Shown: positions 18,843 through 29,771, numbered from the stretch's first letter. The stretch is 64,000 nt of DNA from an uncultured Spirochaetota bacterium (GCA_963820525.1 CAWGAA010000001.1:576001-640000); one strand, 5' to 3'. Notes: a model not told the origin generated them from the letters alone. A program made the numbers and translations.

Positions 18843-20792
18843 CTACTTCCTCCGCAGCAGGGCTTCGTCGAAGGCCTCATACTTGGTCACCTTCACGTCT
18901 CCTCCCTGCAGGAAGAACGTCACGAACTTGAACTCGGTGCGCACGGCGAGGGAAGCGCTCTTGATGGAGATCCTCACCCCGGGGTAGACCCTCTCGGAAG
19001 CCGATATCTTTCCGATGGTGGTGAGAGAGCTTAAGTAGGAGTTGATCTGCCCGATCTCCTTGGTCGTCTCTTCGAGCTGGCCCAGCATCTGGGACCGCTT
19101 CTCGTTCTGCTCCTTCAGGTACTGGGCCTTTTCCGGCGGGAGCTTCCGCTGGACGCGCAGGATGTTCTCCAGGGTCTTGATGTTGAGCTCCACCTCCTCC
19201 AGCGTCTTCTCGATCGCCCTCTTGGTGGCATCGAGCTGGGCGAGCCGCTCCTTGCTCTTCGGATCGAACCCCACTTCCAGGAGGGTCTCGGTGCCGGCCA
19301 CCGAGCCGAGGATCTTCGAGTTGACCTCCTCCGAGGCGCGAAGCCTTCCCCCGACTATCTGGGCGCGCTTGCCTTGGCAGAGGATCATCTTGTTGGCGTC
19401 CACGATCGAGTGGATGATCCCGTCCGTGACGACGACGTTCACCCCCGCCTCGACGTGGGCATGCTCGATGAACTTCGAATAGAGGCTCTTTCCGCAGCGC
19501 ACCCGGCCTTCGGTTTTCGCGGCGATGCCCTGGTGCACGACGATGTCGCCCTCGGCGTCAAGGACGCACTTGCCGACGCTTCCGTAGATCTCGATGTTGC
19601 CCGCCGCCTTGACCGAAAAGCCGTCCTCCACGTTGCCCTTGACGATCACCGTCCCCAGGAACAGCACATTGCCCGTATGGAGATTCACGTCCCCGCTTAT
19701 CGTGTAGATGGGCTCGACGTTGATCTTTCCCGCGAGGAGGAGCACCTGCCCGTTGATCTCGGCAATGGCGGTCATACCGTCTTCCGAGAGCTTCACGTTC
19801 TTGCCGATGACCAGCTCGCAGTCCTTGCCCTTCTCTGCAGGGATGGATTTTCCGGTAACGGTCTGGCCCATCTGTCCCTGCTCCGCCGGCACTTTTCGCG
19901 CCAGAAGCTGTCCGGCCACGACGTTCTCGATCGTGCTGATGTCCTTGAAGTCGACCCTGCCGTCCTTCTCCTTCAGCTTCACGGCGTTCTTCTCGTCGTG
20001 CGTGAAGAGGTAGCTGATCTTGGCGTTCTGTCCGTCGCGCGCCTTGATTCCCTCGGCGACCACGATGGGCCTGCCGTAGCGGGGTGAGCTCTCCAGCACG
20101 GAAAGCACATCCGCCTTCACCCCGAAGACCACGCCATTTGCCTGGAGGAAGCTCTTGAGGTATTCCGAGGTGAGATCGGTGCCCCCCGGTCCCGGCTCGG
20201 TCATCACCACGATGGCCTTCATCTCTCCATCCGTGACATCGAGCGATACGGTGGCGTCATTCGCGGGATTATAGCGGACGTCGGCGACTCTGACGTACTC
20301 CTCGTCCGCGTGCTTGACGGCCCTGGCAACGATCGAGGGATCGAAGTTCGATATCCCGCGGAGCGAGAGCTTCTCCAGCGCCATGATCTCCGTGGCGCGC
20401 GGTGCTTTGCCCTTGGGCCTGCTCACCTTGATGAAGGCACCGTCCGAGCTGATGCGGACGAAGACCTCTCCCGGCGCCTCCTCCTGTTTCGACAGCTGGG
20501 GCCCCGCGAACGCCGCGAACACCCCTTCCTGCTTGGAAATTCCTGGCGAGGCGATCTCCTGGGACTTCTCGTAGACCGAAAGCGTCCAGGGCGTTCTTCC
20601 CATCCCCAGGGGTCCCGAGCCGCCCTTCGCCATGACCTCGTACTCCAACCTCTTGATGGGAATGCCGAGCTCAATGGACGCCCTTTTCAGCGCCTCCTGA
20701 ACGCTCGCCGCCGTCACCTTGATGGTTCGATTGCGCTTGTCCTCTTCGGACTGTTTGCGCATGTACTCCCGCAGCTCGCTCAGGCTGATCAT
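18843..20792 (-). CDS. FapA (DUF342) family flagellar assembly protein with N-terminal Jag_N-like domain
   Basis: DGRVDFKD, GDVNLHTGNV, beta-helix repeats, C-terminal coiled coil; directly after fliA. Confidence 0.85.
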   Translation of the reverse strand: MISLSELREYMRKQSEEDKRNRTIKVTAASVQEALKRASIELGIPIKRLEYEVMAKGGSGPLGMGRTPWTLSVYEKSQEIASPGISKQEGVFAAFAGPQLSKQEEAPGEVFVRISSDGAFIKVSRPKGKAPRATEIMALEKLSLRGISNFDPSIVARAVKHADEEYVRVADVRYNPANDATVSLDVTDGEMKAIVVMTEPGPGGTDLTSEYLKSFLQANGVVFGVKADVLSVLESSPRYGRPIVVAEGIKARDGQNAKISYLFTHDEKNAVKLKEKDGRVDFKDISTIENVVAGQLLARKVPAEQGQMGQTVTGKSIPAEKGKDCELVIGKNVKLSEDGMTAIAEINGQVLLLAGKINVEPIYTISGDVNLHTGNVLFLGTVIVKGNVEDGFSVKAAGNIEIYGSVGKCVLDAEGDIVVHQGIAAKTEGRVRCGKSLYSKFIEHAHVEAGVNVVVTDGIIHSIVDANKMILCQGKRAQIVGGRLRASEEVNSKILGSVAGTETLLEVGFDPKSKERLAQLDATKRAIEKTLEEVELNIKTLENILRVQRKLPPEKAQYLKEQNEKRSQMLGQLEETTKEIGQINSYLSSLTTIGKISASERVYPGVRISIKSASLAVRTEFKFVTFFLQGGDVKVTKYEAFDEALLRRK

Positions 20793-20802
20793 CTCCGGCT
20801 CC

Positions 20803-21591
20803 CTACACGATGCCTCTCTTGAAGCTGGTAAGCTTGGCCCGCAGGCGCATGATCGCCTTGGTATGGAGCTGGGACACGCGGGACTCCGTCACCTCGAGGA
20901 CCTCCCCGATCTCCTTGAGGGTCAGGTCTTCATAGTAGTAGAGCACAAGGACCTTCTTCTCCTTTTCGGGAAGCTCCTTGATGGCGGCGACGATGACTCT
21001 CTTGATCTCCTCCTTCTCGACGATGGTGTCGGGATTGAGGCTGCCGGGGCTCTCGATGCTATCCGCGATGGAGATCTTGTCGTTGTCCTCCCCCGTATAC
21101 CAGATATCGTGGAGGGAGAGCATGGAAGTGCCGCTTATCTTGAGCATCATCTGCTGGAAATCCTTGATCTCCATGGCCATGGAGGAGGCGATCTCTTCAT
21201 CGGAAGCCGAGCGGCCGAGGGATGCTTCGAGGTGCCGCACCGCGTCCTCCACCTCGCGGGCCTTCTGGCGCACGGAGCGGGGAACCCAGTCTATCGTTCG
21301 AAGCTCGTCGAAAATGGCGCCCCGGATCCTCGTCACGGCGTACGTCTTGAACTTCACGTGCTTCCCGGGGTCGAACTTGTCGATGGCGTCGAAGAGACCG
21401 AAGACTCCGAAGCCCACCAGATCGTCGAACTCCACGTTCTGCGGCATCCCGAGGGCAACCTTGCCAGCCACGTACTTCACAAGGGGGGCATACTGCCTCA
21501 CGAAAAAGTCGCGGATCTTCTGATCCTTGTTCCGGCGGTACAGCTTCCACAATTCGTCTTCGGATTTCCCGTTCCAGTGGCTGTCGCCCAT
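20803..21591 (-). CDS. fliA: Flagellar sigma factor sigma28 (FliA/WhiG)
   Basis: [42 protein letters not shown]. Confidence 0.96.
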   Translation of the reverse strand: MGDSHWNGKSEDELWKLYRRNKDQKIRDFFVRQYAPLVKYVAGKVALGMPQNVEFDDLVGFGVFGLFDAIDKFDPGKHVKFKTYAVTRIRGAIFDELRTIDWVPRSVRQKAREVEDAVRHLEASLGRSASDEEIASSMAMEIKDFQQMMLKISGTSMLSLHDIWYTGEDNDKISIADSIESPGSLNPDTIVEKEEIKRVIVAAIKELPEKEKKVLVLYYYEDLTLKEIGEVLEVTESRVSQLHTKAIMRLRAKLTSFKRGIV

Positions 21592-21598
21592 AGGCCCC

Positions 21599-22360
21599 CT
21601 ATCCTTTTTCGTCCCGCTTCAGCACGGTCCGGATTGCTTTTGCGAGCGTTTCGGGATCCTCGTCTCCGATGAACCCGCCCGGGACATCCTCTGGCCTTCT
21701 GATGCGCGAGCTTTCGCTCGCACGGGGCGCTGGGCCGCTCTCCGCCGCCGCGGCGCCCTTCGCGCCCGGAATGACTTCCAGGTCCCCGATGTCGGGGAGG
21801 CTGTCGAGCGTATCTATTCCCTCGTCGCCCCGGCGCCGGCCGGCTGCCTCTCCCTGCCCCTGCGGCTGGAAGAGAGGCTCCGTCTCGTCGCCGAGAGACG
21901 ACTGCGATCCGGCTGCGTCTCCCGCCGCATCGATGTCGGACGTGAACTCCTCGGCGCTTCCCGCGCTCGGGGACAGCTCCTCCACCTCCTCGACGGACTC
22001 GGCCTCCTGAACGCCGGATTCGTCGGAGACGGCTTCTTCCACCGATTCGGCCTCCTCGACGTCCGCGCTGAGATTCGCGGGGTTTTCCTCGGGGAGCACG
22101 ATGTCGATTGTATGTTTCGCGGCCCCCGCCTCCACGGACGAATCGACGGCCCCCTTGCCGGCCAGCTCGGGAAGATACCTCGTCACAACGAAGGCGACCC
22201 CCGCACCCAGGAGCGCGAAAACAACGGCGAGCATGAGAGCGCGAAGCAGGACGATCCCGAAGGGGTTGCCGGAAAAGAGCCCCACAATAAGCGACAGAAT
22301 GAACGCTGCGACGGCGAAAATCGCGGCGATCCTGCCGTATTCCCGAACGAAGTCCTTCAC
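21599..22360 (-). CDS. flgV: Probable FlgV-like flagellar protein (2 TM, acidic linker)
   Basis: GTG 22360 after GGGAGG; two N-terminal TMs; flhF-flhG-X-fliA position; C-terminal helix [13 protein letters not shown]. Confidence 0.55.
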   Translation of the reverse strand: MKDFVREYGRIAAIFAVAAFILSLIVGLFSGNPFGIVLLRALMLAVVFALLGAGVAFVVTRYLPELAGKGAVDSSVEAGAAKHTIDIVLPEENPANLSADVEEAESVEEAVSDESGVQEAESVEEVEELSPSAGSAEEFTSDIDAAGDAAGSQSSLGDETEPLFQPQGQGEAAGRRRGDEGIDTLDSLPDIGDLEVIPGAKGAAAAESGPAPRASESSRIRRPEDVPGGFIGDEDPETLAKAIRTVLKRDEKG

Positions 22361-22381
22361 CGGACTCACCCTCCCAAGCAG

Positions 22382-22410
22382 AGAGTAGGGCAAAAGGAAA
22401 GGATAGTCAA
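22382..22410 (-). promoter_or_regulatory. Internal sigma70-type promoter upstream of the flgV-like gene and fliA
   Basis: TTGACT-17bp-TACTCT. Confidence 0.65.
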
Positions 22411-22475
22411 CAATGATACGCCCCTTCGGGACGGGGCGGGCGGCGTTGCGTCGGCGGCGGTGCGCGGCTTTCGAA

Positions 22476-23345
22476 TCACCCCCCGAAGAGCTTCTTCAAG
22501 AACAGGGGAATGCCTTTGCCGTCACGGTAGTCCACTTTTTCGAGCCTGCCGACGAGGTGGCGGATGCACAGGGAGGCCTTGGACTTGGGGTCCAGGACGA
22601 GGAACGGCTTCTGGCGGACAACGGATGTGTGCACCACGGCGTCATCGTAGACGAAACCGAGATAGTCCACCTTGAGGTTGAGGAACTGTCCCGCGATGTT
22701 GACCACCCTCTCGGCAACGCGTTTTCCCTCGACCACGGATTTCACCCGGTTCACCACGAGCTTCAGCCCAAGGTCGAGGTTCTCGACCTCCGTCGCGATG
22801 ATCTTGATGAGCCCGTAGGCGTCCGTTATGGCCGTCGGCTCCGGGGTGGTGACGATGAGCGCGTCGTCCGCCGCCGCGATGAAGGAGATGACGTTGTTGG
22901 ACACCCCGGCGCTGCAGTCGATGATGATGATGTCGGAGCTGGACAGGGCCGACAGCTCCGCGATGAAGGTTCCCCTCTCCTCCTCCGTCAGGTTGGCGAT
23001 CTTGGAGAACCCCGAGGCCCCGGCGATGATCCTGATCCCGTAGGCCGTGTCCACGATGATCTCGTTCAGCGTCTTCTGCTTCCTGATCAGATGGTAGAGG
23101 TTGTAGCGAGGGATCACCCCCAGCACCACGTTCACGTTGGCGAGGCCGAGATCCGCGTCCATCACGGTGACCCGCTTTCCCAGCTGTGCGTAGGCGAGGG
23201 CCAGGTTGATGGCGATATTCGTCTTGCCCACCCCTCCCTTGCCGCTGGAGACGGCGATGATCCGCGTCGCTTTCCTACCGCCCTGGGAGGCCGACGGTTT
23301 TCGCCCCCCCATGAGCTCCCTCAATTTTTCAGCCTGGTCTGCCAT
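22476..23345 (-). CDS. flhG: MinD-family flagellar number regulator FlhG
   Basis: [35 protein letters not shown]. Confidence 0.95.
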   Translation of the reverse strand: MADQAEKLRELMGGRKPSASQGGRKATRIIAVSSGKGGVGKTNIAINLALAYAQLGKRVTVMDADLGLANVNVVLGVIPRYNLYHLIRKQKTLNEIIVDTAYGIRIIAGASGFSKIANLTEEERGTFIAELSALSSSDIIIIDCSAGVSNNVISFIAAADDALIVTTPEPTAITDAYGLIKIIATEVENLDLGLKLVVNRVKSVVEGKRVAERVVNIAGQFLNLKVDYLGFVYDDAVVHTSVVRQKPFLVLDPKSKASLCIRHLVGRLEKVDYRDGKGIPLFLKKLFGG

Positions 23346-23381
23346 ATCACCCCTTGGGCGGGCCGCCCCGCCGCACCGCCC

Positions 23382-24560
23382 TCAACGTCCTCTCTGGACT
23401 GTACCGAATTTCTTCTCCAGAGTCTCCCGGTTGATCCGGAAGCCCTCCATGTTCATCAGGAGGCGCACCACCGTGGCCTGCTCGAGGTCCTGCGGCACGC
23501 CCTGCCCGTCGCAGACGTAGGAGACCGATTTCCTGTGCTTGGACAGGCTTGCGATGATGTTGCCGATTCTCATCGTCTCGTCGAGCTTGGTGAGGATCAC
23601 GGACCTGTAGCGGAACGGCTCGAACTGCTGGAGGATGTCCTCCGTATCGCTCGCCTTGGTGGTGGCCGCCACGGCCAGGTACACGGCGAGCTGGGTCCCG
23701 CAGCGGTCCAGGATCTCCTTCATCTCAGCCAGCTTGGCGAGGTCTCGCGGGCTCCGCCCGATGGTGTCCACCAGGATGAGGTCCGTGTCGACGGCAAGCG
23801 CCATGGCCTTCTGCAGCTCGGCGGCGCTCTCCACGAGGGATACGGGGATGCGCATGATCTCGGCGTACGTCTCGATCTGCTGCTTGGCCGCGATTCTATA
23901 GTTGTCTATCGTGATGATCCGCACGCGCCGGGGAGGCTCCGCGCCGCCGCCGATTCCGTAGATCGCGGCCAGCTTGGCTATCGTCGTGGTCTTGCCGACG
24001 CCCGTCGGGCCGACGATGGCCATCACCCGGGGGCCCTTTCCATCGAACTTCAGGGGAGTGTCGATGGCGATCTTCTCCCCGATCCACTCCACCACGGCGT
24101 TCTGGAAGGCGGGGTAGTTTTCCAGGGTCTCCAGGGAGAACTCCTTGCGCGCCTTCTGCCGCGTCTCCGTGATGAACTCCTCGGAGAACTCGTTCAGCTT
24201 CAGCAGGGCCTCCACCCTCTGCATCGAGGGGTGGATGTCTTCCGCCTTCGGGGCCTGGGACTGCCCCTTGAGGGTCTCGCGCAGGCCCTGGATCTCCTTC
24301 AGCAATACCTGGAGCGTCTGCTCCTTTCGGACCGTCTCGAGGATCTTCTTCTTCTCTTCCTCCACCTCGGCCTTTCTCCTGCGCGGGCCGTCCTCGGAGA
24401 TATAGCCGGTCACCTCGATGCCCTCGGAAGAGAAAAAGCCGAGAAACCCGCCCACGCGGACGCTCCTGTGCGTGAGGATGCGCGCGTCCTCTCCGTAGGT
24501 GGACTTCATCTTTTCGATCGCTTCCCGGTTCGACCGCCCCTGAATCGTGAAGTACTGCAT
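23382..24560 (-). CDS. flhF: SRP-family GTPase FlhF
   Basis: [41 protein letters not shown]. Confidence 0.96.
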   Translation of the reverse strand: MQYFTIQGRSNREAIEKMKSTYGEDARILTHRSVRVGGFLGFFSSEGIEVTGYISEDGPRRRKAEVEEEKKKILETVRKEQTLQVLLKEIQGLRETLKGQSQAPKAEDIHPSMQRVEALLKLNEFSEEFITETRQKARKEFSLETLENYPAFQNAVVEWIGEKIAIDTPLKFDGKGPRVMAIVGPTGVGKTTTIAKLAAIYGIGGGAEPPRRVRIITIDNYRIAAKQQIETYAEIMRIPVSLVESAAELQKAMALAVDTDLILVDTIGRSPRDLAKLAEMKEILDRCGTQLAVYLAVAATTKASDTEDILQQFEPFRYRSVILTKLDETMRIGNIIASLSKHRKSVSYVCDGQGVPQDLEQATVVRLLMNMEGFRINRETLEKKFGTVQRGR

Positions 24561-24575
24561 AACCTTTGAGCGCTC

Positions 24576-26660
24576 CTACCCTTCGATGCGGATTTCTCCC
24601 AGCGATTCGACAGTAATATCGGGAACCACCTCGAGGCTGGAGATGACTGCAAGATGGGGAGCTTCGCGCATCGTGCTTGACTTTACCAGGGGCCGCGCCG
24701 CCTCCGAACAGAGGATGACCTCGTGGTAGCCCTGCTCCTGCATGGACTTCACCGCGTTGGTGAGGGCCGTTATCCATTTGCGGTGCAGGGCGGGATCCAG
24801 CCCTGCCACGATTCCCCTGTTGGTCTCCACCCTCGACTCGATGATCTTTTTCTCGAGCCCGGGCTCTATCGTGAGAACGCGAAGGACCTTCTTCTCGTCA
24901 CAGTACTGGAGGCAGATCTGCCTGCCCAGCGCCTGGCGGACCTTTTCGATCAGGAAGCCGATGTCCTTGGTCACGGCCCCGTAATCCGCAAGGGTTTCCA
25001 GGATCACGACCATGTTTCGCACGGATACCCTCTCTTGGAGAAGCCCCTGGAGCACCTTCTGGATTTCCCCGACCGCGAGGGTCTTCCTCACCTCGTCCAC
25101 AACTGCCGGGTAATCGTTTTTCAGCGTGTCCAGGATGGCCTGGACCTCCTGCCTGCCCAGGATATCTGCCGCGTAGCGCTTGATGATCTCGGTGAGGTGC
25201 GTTGCGACGATGGAAGGGGGGTCAACGACGGTGTATCCCAGCCGCTCGGCGCGCTCCTTCTCTTCATCCGAGATCCAGAAGGCGGGAAGACCGAAGGCGG
25301 GATCCTTTGTCGGCTCGCCGGCCACCTCCTCCGTCGCCTTCCCCGGCTGGATGGCGAGGTAGTGGCCCATCTTGATCTTGCCCCGGCCCACCTCGACCCC
25401 CCGGATCTTGAAGCAGTACTCCGATGGCTCCAGGCGCATGTTGTCGATGATCCTGATGCGGGGAACCACGAGGCCCAGCTCGAGGGCGGATTCCCGCCTG
25501 ATGCGCGTTATGCGGTCGAGAAGCTCGGCTCCCTGCTCCTTGTCCACCAGCGGAATGAGACCGTAGCCGATCTCCAGGGACAGCGGGTCGAGGGGCACCA
25601 CGGGGGAAATCTCCATCGGCGCCGCCTTCTCCCTCTCCGCCACCTCCTTCGCCTTCGTCTTCTCCTCTTCGGCGAGCTGGCGGCGCGTCAGCGTGAGCCC
25701 CAGGACGGTGATCAGTGCGCCCATGGGAATCAGCACGTACCAGGGAAAACCGGGCAGGAAGGAGAGAAGCGCAAGGAAGGCGCCGGCGATGAGGTAGGGC
25801 CGCGCCTGGCTGGAGAACTGCTTGGTGATGTCCTTGCCGAATGAGGAGTCGGAGATGGCGCGCGTGACGATGATGCCCGTCGCTGTGGAGATGAGCAGGG
25901 CGGGAAGCTGCGTGACCAGACCGTCCCCGATGGACAGGGAGATGTAGGTGTTGAAGGCGACGGGCCACGACTCGCCGTGGAGCGTCATCCCGATGATCAG
26001 TCCGCCCACGATCTGGACCACCGTGATGAGGATTCCCACCTTGACGTTTCCCGAAACGAACTTGGAGGCGCCGTCCATGGCGCCGTAGAAGTCGGCCTCC
26101 CTCTGGAGGTCGTTCTTCTTGCGCGTCGCCTCCTCCTCCGTGATCAGCCCGGAGTTGTACTCGGCCTCGATGGCCATCTGCTTGCCGGGCAGGGCGTCGA
26201 GGGTGAAGCGCGCCGCCACCTCGGCGATTCGGGTTGATCCCTTGGTGATGACGATGTACTGCACGGCGATGATGATGACGAAGATGATGAGCCCGACGAC
26301 GTATCCCTCCAGCCCCGCCTTGCCGACCACGAACGTGGCGAAGGCGCGCACGATGTGGCCGTTGAACTGGCTGCCCTTTACTAATATCAGCCGCGTGGAT
26401 GAGACGTTGATGGCAAGGCCGAAGACCGTTGCGATCAGAAGGAGGGTCGGGAAGACCGAGATCTCCAGGGCATGGCGGGTGTAGAGGACCATGAGGATGA
26501 TGAGCAGGGCGATCACGAGGTTGATCGTCATGAAGATGTCCAGGAGAACCGCGGGAAGGGGGATGAGCATCATCATCACGACGACGATGACGCCTACCGC
26601 GACGAATATGTCGCTCCTGTTCTGCCAGATGGATCCGGCGACTGTCCGCGCGTCAGCCAT
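24576..26660 (-). CDS. flhA: Flagellar export gate protein FlhA
   Basis: RIAEVAARFTLDALPGKQMAI, FYGAMDGASKFV. Confidence 0.98.
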   Translation of the reverse strand: MADARTVAGSIWQNRSDIFVAVGVIVVVMMMLIPLPAVLLDIFMTINLVIALLIILMVLYTRHALEISVFPTLLLIATVFGLAINVSSTRLILVKGSQFNGHIVRAFATFVVGKAGLEGYVVGLIIFVIIIAVQYIVITKGSTRIAEVAARFTLDALPGKQMAIEAEYNSGLITEEEATRKKNDLQREADFYGAMDGASKFVSGNVKVGILITVVQIVGGLIIGMTLHGESWPVAFNTYISLSIGDGLVTQLPALLISTATGIIVTRAISDSSFGKDITKQFSSQARPYLIAGAFLALLSFLPGFPWYVLIPMGALITVLGLTLTRRQLAEEEKTKAKEVAEREKAAPMEISPVVPLDPLSLEIGYGLIPLVDKEQGAELLDRITRIRRESALELGLVVPRIRIIDNMRLEPSEYCFKIRGVEVGRGKIKMGHYLAIQPGKATEEVAGEPTKDPAFGLPAFWISDEEKERAERLGYTVVDPPSIVATHLTEIIKRYAADILGRQEVQAILDTLKNDYPAVVDEVRKTLAVGEIQKVLQGLLQERVSVRNMVVILETLADYGAVTKDIGFLIEKVRQALGRQICLQYCDEKKVLRVLTIEPGLEKKIIESRVETNRGIVAGLDPALHRKWITALTNAVKSMQEQGYHEVILCSEAARPLVKSSTMREAPHLAVISSLEVVPDITVESLGEIRIEG

Positions 26661-26690
26661 ACAGCTTCACTCCTATCAATGCACGTCCAC

Positions 26691-27869
26691 TCATACCACG
26701 GCCTCCGCGCTCTTTCCGCTCATCTTGTACACCTCGGCGAGGATCGTGGAGATGACCTCGTAGTACTTCTCCGGAATCACGTCCCCGATCTCTACCTCCT
26801 TGTAGAGCGCCTGGGCAAGGGGCCTGTTCTCGATCACGGGCACGCGGTTCTCCGCCGCTATCTCCCTGATCTTCTGCGCGATGAGATCGGCGCCTTTGGC
26901 AACCACGGTGGGCGCCACCATGAGGGCGCGGTTGTATTCGAGGGCGATGGCGTAGTGGGTGGGGTTCGTGATGACGACGTCCGCCTTGGGCACCGCCTTC
27001 AGCATGTTTCGCCGCATGATCTCCCGCATGCGCTCCCGCAGCCTGCTCTTGGTGAGAGGGTCCCCCTCGTAGAGCTTCCGCTCCTCCTTGACCTCCTGCT
27101 TGGACATCTTGAGGCTTTCCATGTGCTGTCTTCTCTGGAAGAGGTAGTCGAAGAAGGAGAAGACCAGGAGGGCGATCGCCGCCTCCACGATGATGCGGAA
27201 CGCGATCTGGGAGATGACGGCGACGCTGGAGAAGAAGGGGGAAAGGACCAGGCGCGTGATGCGGGGAATCTCTCCCCGGATGTTGAGGTACGCAACCACG
27301 GCGATGATGGCAACCTTGACCATCGATTTTCCCAGGTTGAAGAGGGCCTCTGGGGACCCGAAGGACCTCTGGAGCCACCTGCCGAACCGCGGGATGATCC
27401 GGCTGAAATCGGGGGTGATGGGCTTCGCCGTGAAGAGAAAGCCGACCTGGATGACGTTGCCCAGCACCGCCGTGATGAAGAGAACCCCGAGAATCGGCGC
27501 GGACACCCGGGCAAAGAAGGTCAAGAGCACGGGCATGACCGCCGAGCCGGAGAACAGGTTGAGGCTTGTCGAGTTTGAGAGGAAATAGACCAGCATCTCG
27601 ATGCACGTCTTCAGGATCGAGCCGGAGAGGATGGCGATGGTGACGATCCCGACGATGAGCATGAGGGCGGCGGTCACCTCCGCGGATTTGGCGACCTTTC
27701 CCTCTTCCCGCGCCTTTCGGATCTTGTGCTCGGAGGGCTCCTCGGTCCTCCCCTCGTCTTCTGCCGCGAACCATTGGAGGTGCACGTCGAATGGCGTGAC
27801 GTGACCCGAGCGCGCCAATGGCGTCCATGCGGGCGGGAAGGCGAAAAAGGCGCCGAGGTTGTCCGTCAT
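26691..27869 (-). CDS. flhB: Flagellar export switch protein FlhB
   Basis: ATG 27869 overlapping the fliR stop; LQWFAAEDEGRTEEP, EGDP, NPTH autocleavage motif. Confidence 0.96.
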   Translation of the reverse strand: MTDNLGAFFAFPPAWTPLARSGHVTPFDVHLQWFAAEDEGRTEEPSEHKIRKAREEGKVAKSAEVTAALMLIVGIVTIAILSGSILKTCIEMLVYFLSNSTSLNLFSGSAVMPVLLTFFARVSAPILGVLFITAVLGNVIQVGFLFTAKPITPDFSRIIPRFGRWLQRSFGSPEALFNLGKSMVKVAIIAVVAYLNIRGEIPRITRLVLSPFFSSVAVISQIAFRIIVEAAIALLVFSFFDYLFQRRQHMESLKMSKQEVKEERKLYEGDPLTKSRLRERMREIMRRNMLKAVPKADVVITNPTHYAIALEYNRALMVAPTVVAKGADLIAQKIREIAAENRVPVIENRPLAQALYKEVEIGDVIPEKYYEVISTILAEVYKMSGKSAEAVV

Positions 27870-28657
27870 TTGCGGGCGCCCCCGAGAGTGACGATGAGGG
27901 ATCCGATGGCCTGAAAGCTGCCGTCGATGATCCGCTCGAAGGCCGTCATGAGGAACGGCATGCCGGCCAGGAGCATGATGAAGGCGACGCCGATGGAGAG
28001 GGGAAAACCCATGGTGAGGATGTCCATCTGGGGCGATGCCTTGGCCAGGAGCCCCATGGTGATCGAAACGAGGATCAGGGTGCCCATGATGGGAAAGGAG
28101 ATGATGAGGGCGCTCTGGAAAAGGCCCGAAAGCCCCTGGATGAGAGTCCTCATGAGCTCGTCCTTGTGCAGCACGAGGTCCACCGCCCGAACGTACTCGA
28201 AGGATCTCGCCACTCCGAGGAAGAGGAACTTGCCGGCGCCGGAGATGGCGATGAAGACCAGGAGCGCGACGAGGTTCAAGAACTCGCCCATGAGGGGCAG
28301 CTCGATCTGCGCCAGGGGATCGTAGACTTCCGATATGCCGAAGCCCATCTGGAGCGAGAAGAAATGGCCGGCGGTCTGGAAAGCGGAGAAGATGAGCTGC
28401 AGCATGAAACCGATCACCAGGCCGATGCCGACCTCTCCCAGGATGAGAAGGAAGTAGTCCACGGGGCTGGGCGGGATGGGATACCCGGCCTGGAGAACCC
28501 AGGGAAATACCGCTGCCGATGAGAAGAACGCGAGGCCGATCTTCGCGGTCTGGGGGAGCGTCGAGGATGAGAAAAGGGGGGCAACCTCCAGCAGCGCGAT
28601 GGTGCGAAAGAGAACGAGGAGGAAAAGCTGGATGTTGTCTACCAGTTGGCCGATCAC
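27866..28657 (-). CDS. fliR: Flagellar export protein FliR
   Basis: Hydrophobic; AGHFFSLQMGFG, KASPQMDI; synteny. Confidence 0.93.
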   Translation of the reverse strand: MIGQLVDNIQLFLLVLFRTIALLEVAPLFSSSTLPQTAKIGLAFFSSAAVFPWVLQAGYPIPPSPVDYFLLILGEVGIGLVIGFMLQLIFSAFQTAGHFFSLQMGFGISEVYDPLAQIELPLMGEFLNLVALLVFIAISGAGKFLFLGVARSFEYVRAVDLVLHKDELMRTLIQGLSGLFQSALIISFPIMGTLILVSITMGLLAKASPQMDILTMGFPLSIGVAFIMLLAGMPFLMTAFERIIDGSFQAIGSLIVTLGGARK

Positions 28658-28669
28658 CCCCTCCCCCTC

Positions 28670-28933
28670 CTAGATGTGAGAGATCATCTCGAAGAGCCGC
28701 TTCGTAAACTGGACCATGGATTCCAGGAGCCATCTGCCGAAGAGAACGAGGCTCAGCAGGATCGCGGCGATCTTGGGCACGAAGGTGAGCGTCTGCTCCT
28801 GGATCGAGGTGGTGGCCTGGAGGATCGCGATGATCAGGCCGACACCCATGCCGATGAGGAGAATCGGGCCGGAGATGATGAGGATCTGAAGCACCCCTTC
28901 CCGAATCAGCTGTATAGCAGTGCCGAGCGTCAT
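28670..28933 (-). CDS. fliQ: Flagellar export protein FliQ
   Basis: QATTSIQEQTLTFVPK. Confidence 0.96.
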   Translation of the reverse strand: MTLGTAIQLIREGVLQILIISGPILLIGMGVGLIIAILQATTSIQEQTLTFVPKIAAILLSLVLFGRWLLESMVQFTKRLFEMISHI

Positions 28934-28946
28934 TGCCTGTCCCCTT

Positions 28947-29759
28947 TCATCTGAAGCTCCTCACCAGCTGCATCGTGATGAGCCCCCATCCGTCCACCAG
29001 CACGAAGAGCACGAGCTTGAACGGCATCGATATCATGACCGGCGGCAGCATGATCATGCCCATCGACATGAGGGTGGAAGCCACCACCATGTCGATGATG
29101 ATGAACGGAATGAACAATAATATCCCGATCTTGAACGCCACCGTCATCTCGTGCAGCACGAAGGCGGGAATCAGCACGTAGGTCGGCACATCGGCGAGGG
29201 TCTTCGGCTTGGGGAGTTTTCTCATGTTCATGAAGAGCCGGATGTTCTCCGCGTCGTCCCCGATCTGCCGGTACATGAACAGCCGCAGCGGCTTCTCGGC
29301 CCCGGTGAACATCTCCTCCAGGCCGATCTTCCCCTCCCCGAAAGGCTTCAAGGACTGCTGGTAGATCTGGTCCAGGGTCGGCCACATGATGAAGAGCGTA
29401 AGGAAGAGGGCCAGCCCCATGAGCACCTGGTTCGGCGGCGCCTGCTGCAGCGAGAGGGCGCGCTTGATGAAGTCGAAGACAATGGCGATCCGAAGGAAAC
29501 ACGTCATGAGGATGAGGATCGAGGGCGCCAGGGCGAGGACGGTGAGGAGGAGAAGCATCTGGACGGACAGGACAACTTCCTGGTTGTTCCGCGCCTGCCG
29601 CACGTTCATGTCGACGAATGGGAAGGGAAGCGCGCCCCCCCCTCCTGCGGCCGCCGTTCCCCCCGCCGCGCCGCCGGCCGCGGCCTGCGCAGGGAGCATC
29701 GAGGCGCCGGCGATCATGAGAAGGAAGATCGCGGCGGTCCGTATGAGGCGCATCTTCAC
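28947..29759 (-). CDS. fliP: Flagellar export protein FliP
   Basis: PPNQVL, PFIIIDMVVAS, GMIMLPP, PFKLVLFVLVDGW. Confidence 0.97.
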   Translation of the reverse strand: MKMRLIRTAAIFLLMIAGASMLPAQAAAGGAAGGTAAAGGGGALPFPFVDMNVRQARNNQEVVLSVQMLLLLTVLALAPSILILMTCFLRIAIVFDFIKRALSLQQAPPNQVLMGLALFLTLFIMWPTLDQIYQQSLKPFGEGKIGLEEMFTGAEKPLRLFMYRQIGDDAENIRLFMNMRKLPKPKTLADVPTYVLIPAFVLHEMTVAFKIGILLFIPFIIIDMVVASTLMSMGMIMLPPVMISMPFKLVLFVLVDGWGLITMQLVRSFR

Positions 29760-29771
29760 GGCTCGCCTCCC

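Noticed and set aside
27870..28733. 680-aa ORF suggesting an extended or fused FlhB
   Set aside because: The upstream part is an alternate frame over fliR/fliQ. FliR has its own stop and FlhB its own ATG, so this is not a FliR-FlhB fusion.
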